In this document: one piece after another, positions 62,728 to 64,000 of the stretch
How the letters are laid out: the number at the start of each line of letters is the position of its first letter
Numbering within the stretch: the stretch's first letter is position 1
Assembly: GCA_036918135.1 (NCBI GenBank)
Contig: JBALDB010000069.1
Location: 64,133-128,132, forward strand
Direction: 5' to 3'
Length of the DNA stretch: 64,000 bases
Source: Nostoc sp.
GTDB lineage: Bacteria; Cyanobacteriota; Cyanobacteriia; Cyanobacteriales; Nostocaceae
Position numbers and translations under genes: made by a program
The notes under the pieces: model-generated
Seen by the model: the letters and a program-made list of their open reading frames with translations, nothing else
Database searches by the model: none
Told to the model about the DNA's origin: nothing

Positions 62728-63861
62728 ATGACTGCTACAAATAGTAAGCAAAAAATTCGTTATGCTGTTGTAGGTTTAGGTTGGTTTGCCCAAGAAGCTG
62801 CCTTACCTTCCTTTACCAATAGTAAAAATTCAGAATTAGTTGCATTGGTTTCTGATGACCCCACTAAAAGAGAAGAATTGAGCAAAAAGTACGGTTTAAA
62901 GCGGACTTATTCCTATGATGAGTATGAAGAGTGTCTGACAAGTGGTGAGATTGACGCAGTTTATATTGCATTACCCAATCACTTACATTGTGAATACACA
63001 GTGCGGGCTGCTAATCAGGCAATTCACGTGTTATGTGAAAAGCCAATGGCAATGACAGAACAAGAGTGTGAGGCAATGATTAAAGCAGCTAATGATAATA
63101 GTGTGAAACTAATGATTGCCTACCGCTTACATTTAGAAGAAGCAAATTTACAAGCAGTAGAAATTGTCCGCTCAAAGCAAATTGGTGAATCACGTATTTT
63201 TAACTCAGTTTTTACTCAGCAAGTCGAAGAGGGCAATATTCGTTTACGCGATGTAACTGGTGGTGGAACGCTCGATGATGTTGGCATTTACTGTATTAAT
63301 GCTGCACGTTATCTATTTCAAGATGAACCAATTGAAGTATTTGCTGTGGCTGCTAATAAGGGAGAACAACGCTTCAGCGAAGTAGAAGAAATGACCAGTG
63401 TCATCTTGCGCTTTCCCGATGAGCGATTGGCAACGTTTACCTGTAGCTTTGGAGCAGCAAGTGTTTCAACTTATCAGGTTATCGGTACTAAGGGAGATTT
63501 GCGAGTAGATCCTGCCTATCCTTGGGAAGGAGAACTCAAGCATTATCTGACTATCAATGGTGAAACCCAAGAGCGTACCTTTGAGCCTCACGATCAACTA
63601 GCAGCTGAATTTACTTACTTTTCTAAGTGTATTCTTGAAGATAAAGACCCAGAACCATCGGGAATTGAAGGATTAATTGATGTTAGTATCATTCGAGCGC
63701 TTTACGAGTCAATTAAGATTGGTCAACCTGTAAAAATAGAAACTCGCGATGCCTGCGGCGGTAAACTACGCCATCAACGTCCCACTTCAACTCAAACTAT
63801 TGAGCGTCCTCCTATTGAGGATAATCCAGACTTAATTCATGCCGCTCCACCTCAAAGTTAG
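62728..63861 (+). CDS. Gfo/Idh/MocA oxidoreductase (glucose-fructose oxidoreductase-like)
   Basis: YAVVGLG, YIALPNHLH, VLCEKPMA, GGGTLDDVGIY. Confidence 0.92.
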   Translation: MTATNSKQKIRYAVVGLGWFAQEAALPSFTNSKNSELVALVSDDPTKREELSKKYGLKRTYSYDEYEECLTSGEIDAVYIALPNHLHCEYTVRAANQAIHVLCEKPMAMTEQECEAMIKAANDNSVKLMIAYRLHLEEANLQAVEIVRSKQIGESRIFNSVFTQQVEEGNIRLRDVTGGGTLDDVGIYCINAARYLFQDEPIEVFAVAANKGEQRFSEVEEMTSVILRFPDERLATFTCSFGAASVSTYQVIGTKGDLRVDPAYPWEGELKHYLTINGETQERTFEPHDQLAAEFTYFSKCILEDKDPEPSGIEGLIDVSIIRALYESIKIGQPVKIETRDACGGKLRHQRPTSTQTIERPPIEDNPDLIHAAPPQS

Positions 63862-64000
63862 TCTTGAAGCACCGATTGTGGCATTTTATCTCACCTGTTA
63901 ATAACTTAACGTGAGTTCGACAGAACTAAAAAATAGCAGGAGGCAGTGCAGGTAAATCTTTTGGGTAGATGTCAATGGATGGTTTTTTGGGCAAATAGGT

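Overview
64 kb of chromosome from a filamentous, Nostoc/Anabaena-like cyanobacterium. The assignment rests on very frequent HIP1 GCGATCGC, STRR-type heptamer repeats, psbA, and cyanobacterial-type ppc, icd and GUN4. Most of the window is housekeeping: ctaA-type Cu ATPase, fmt, modBC, msrB, psbA, ppc, rsmG, sodA, icd, gun4, minCDE. Five accessory or decaying patches are interleaved. (1) An IS982-type remnant. (2) A sulfur cluster: internally deleted aminotransferase, CBS, cystathionine lyase/synthase, then a 43% Met+Cys four-helix protein. (3) A CheB-CheR-kinase hybrid facing a 5'-truncated cheB across MITE and repeat debris. (4) A decayed MotA/ZorA-tail plus MotB/ZorB-like pair. (5) A rearranged DUF29 locus. 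Several small repeat elements sit in frame inside genes or exactly at gene junctions. No rRNA, tRNA or CRISPR array was seen. Family assignments come from motif recognition only; no database search was run.
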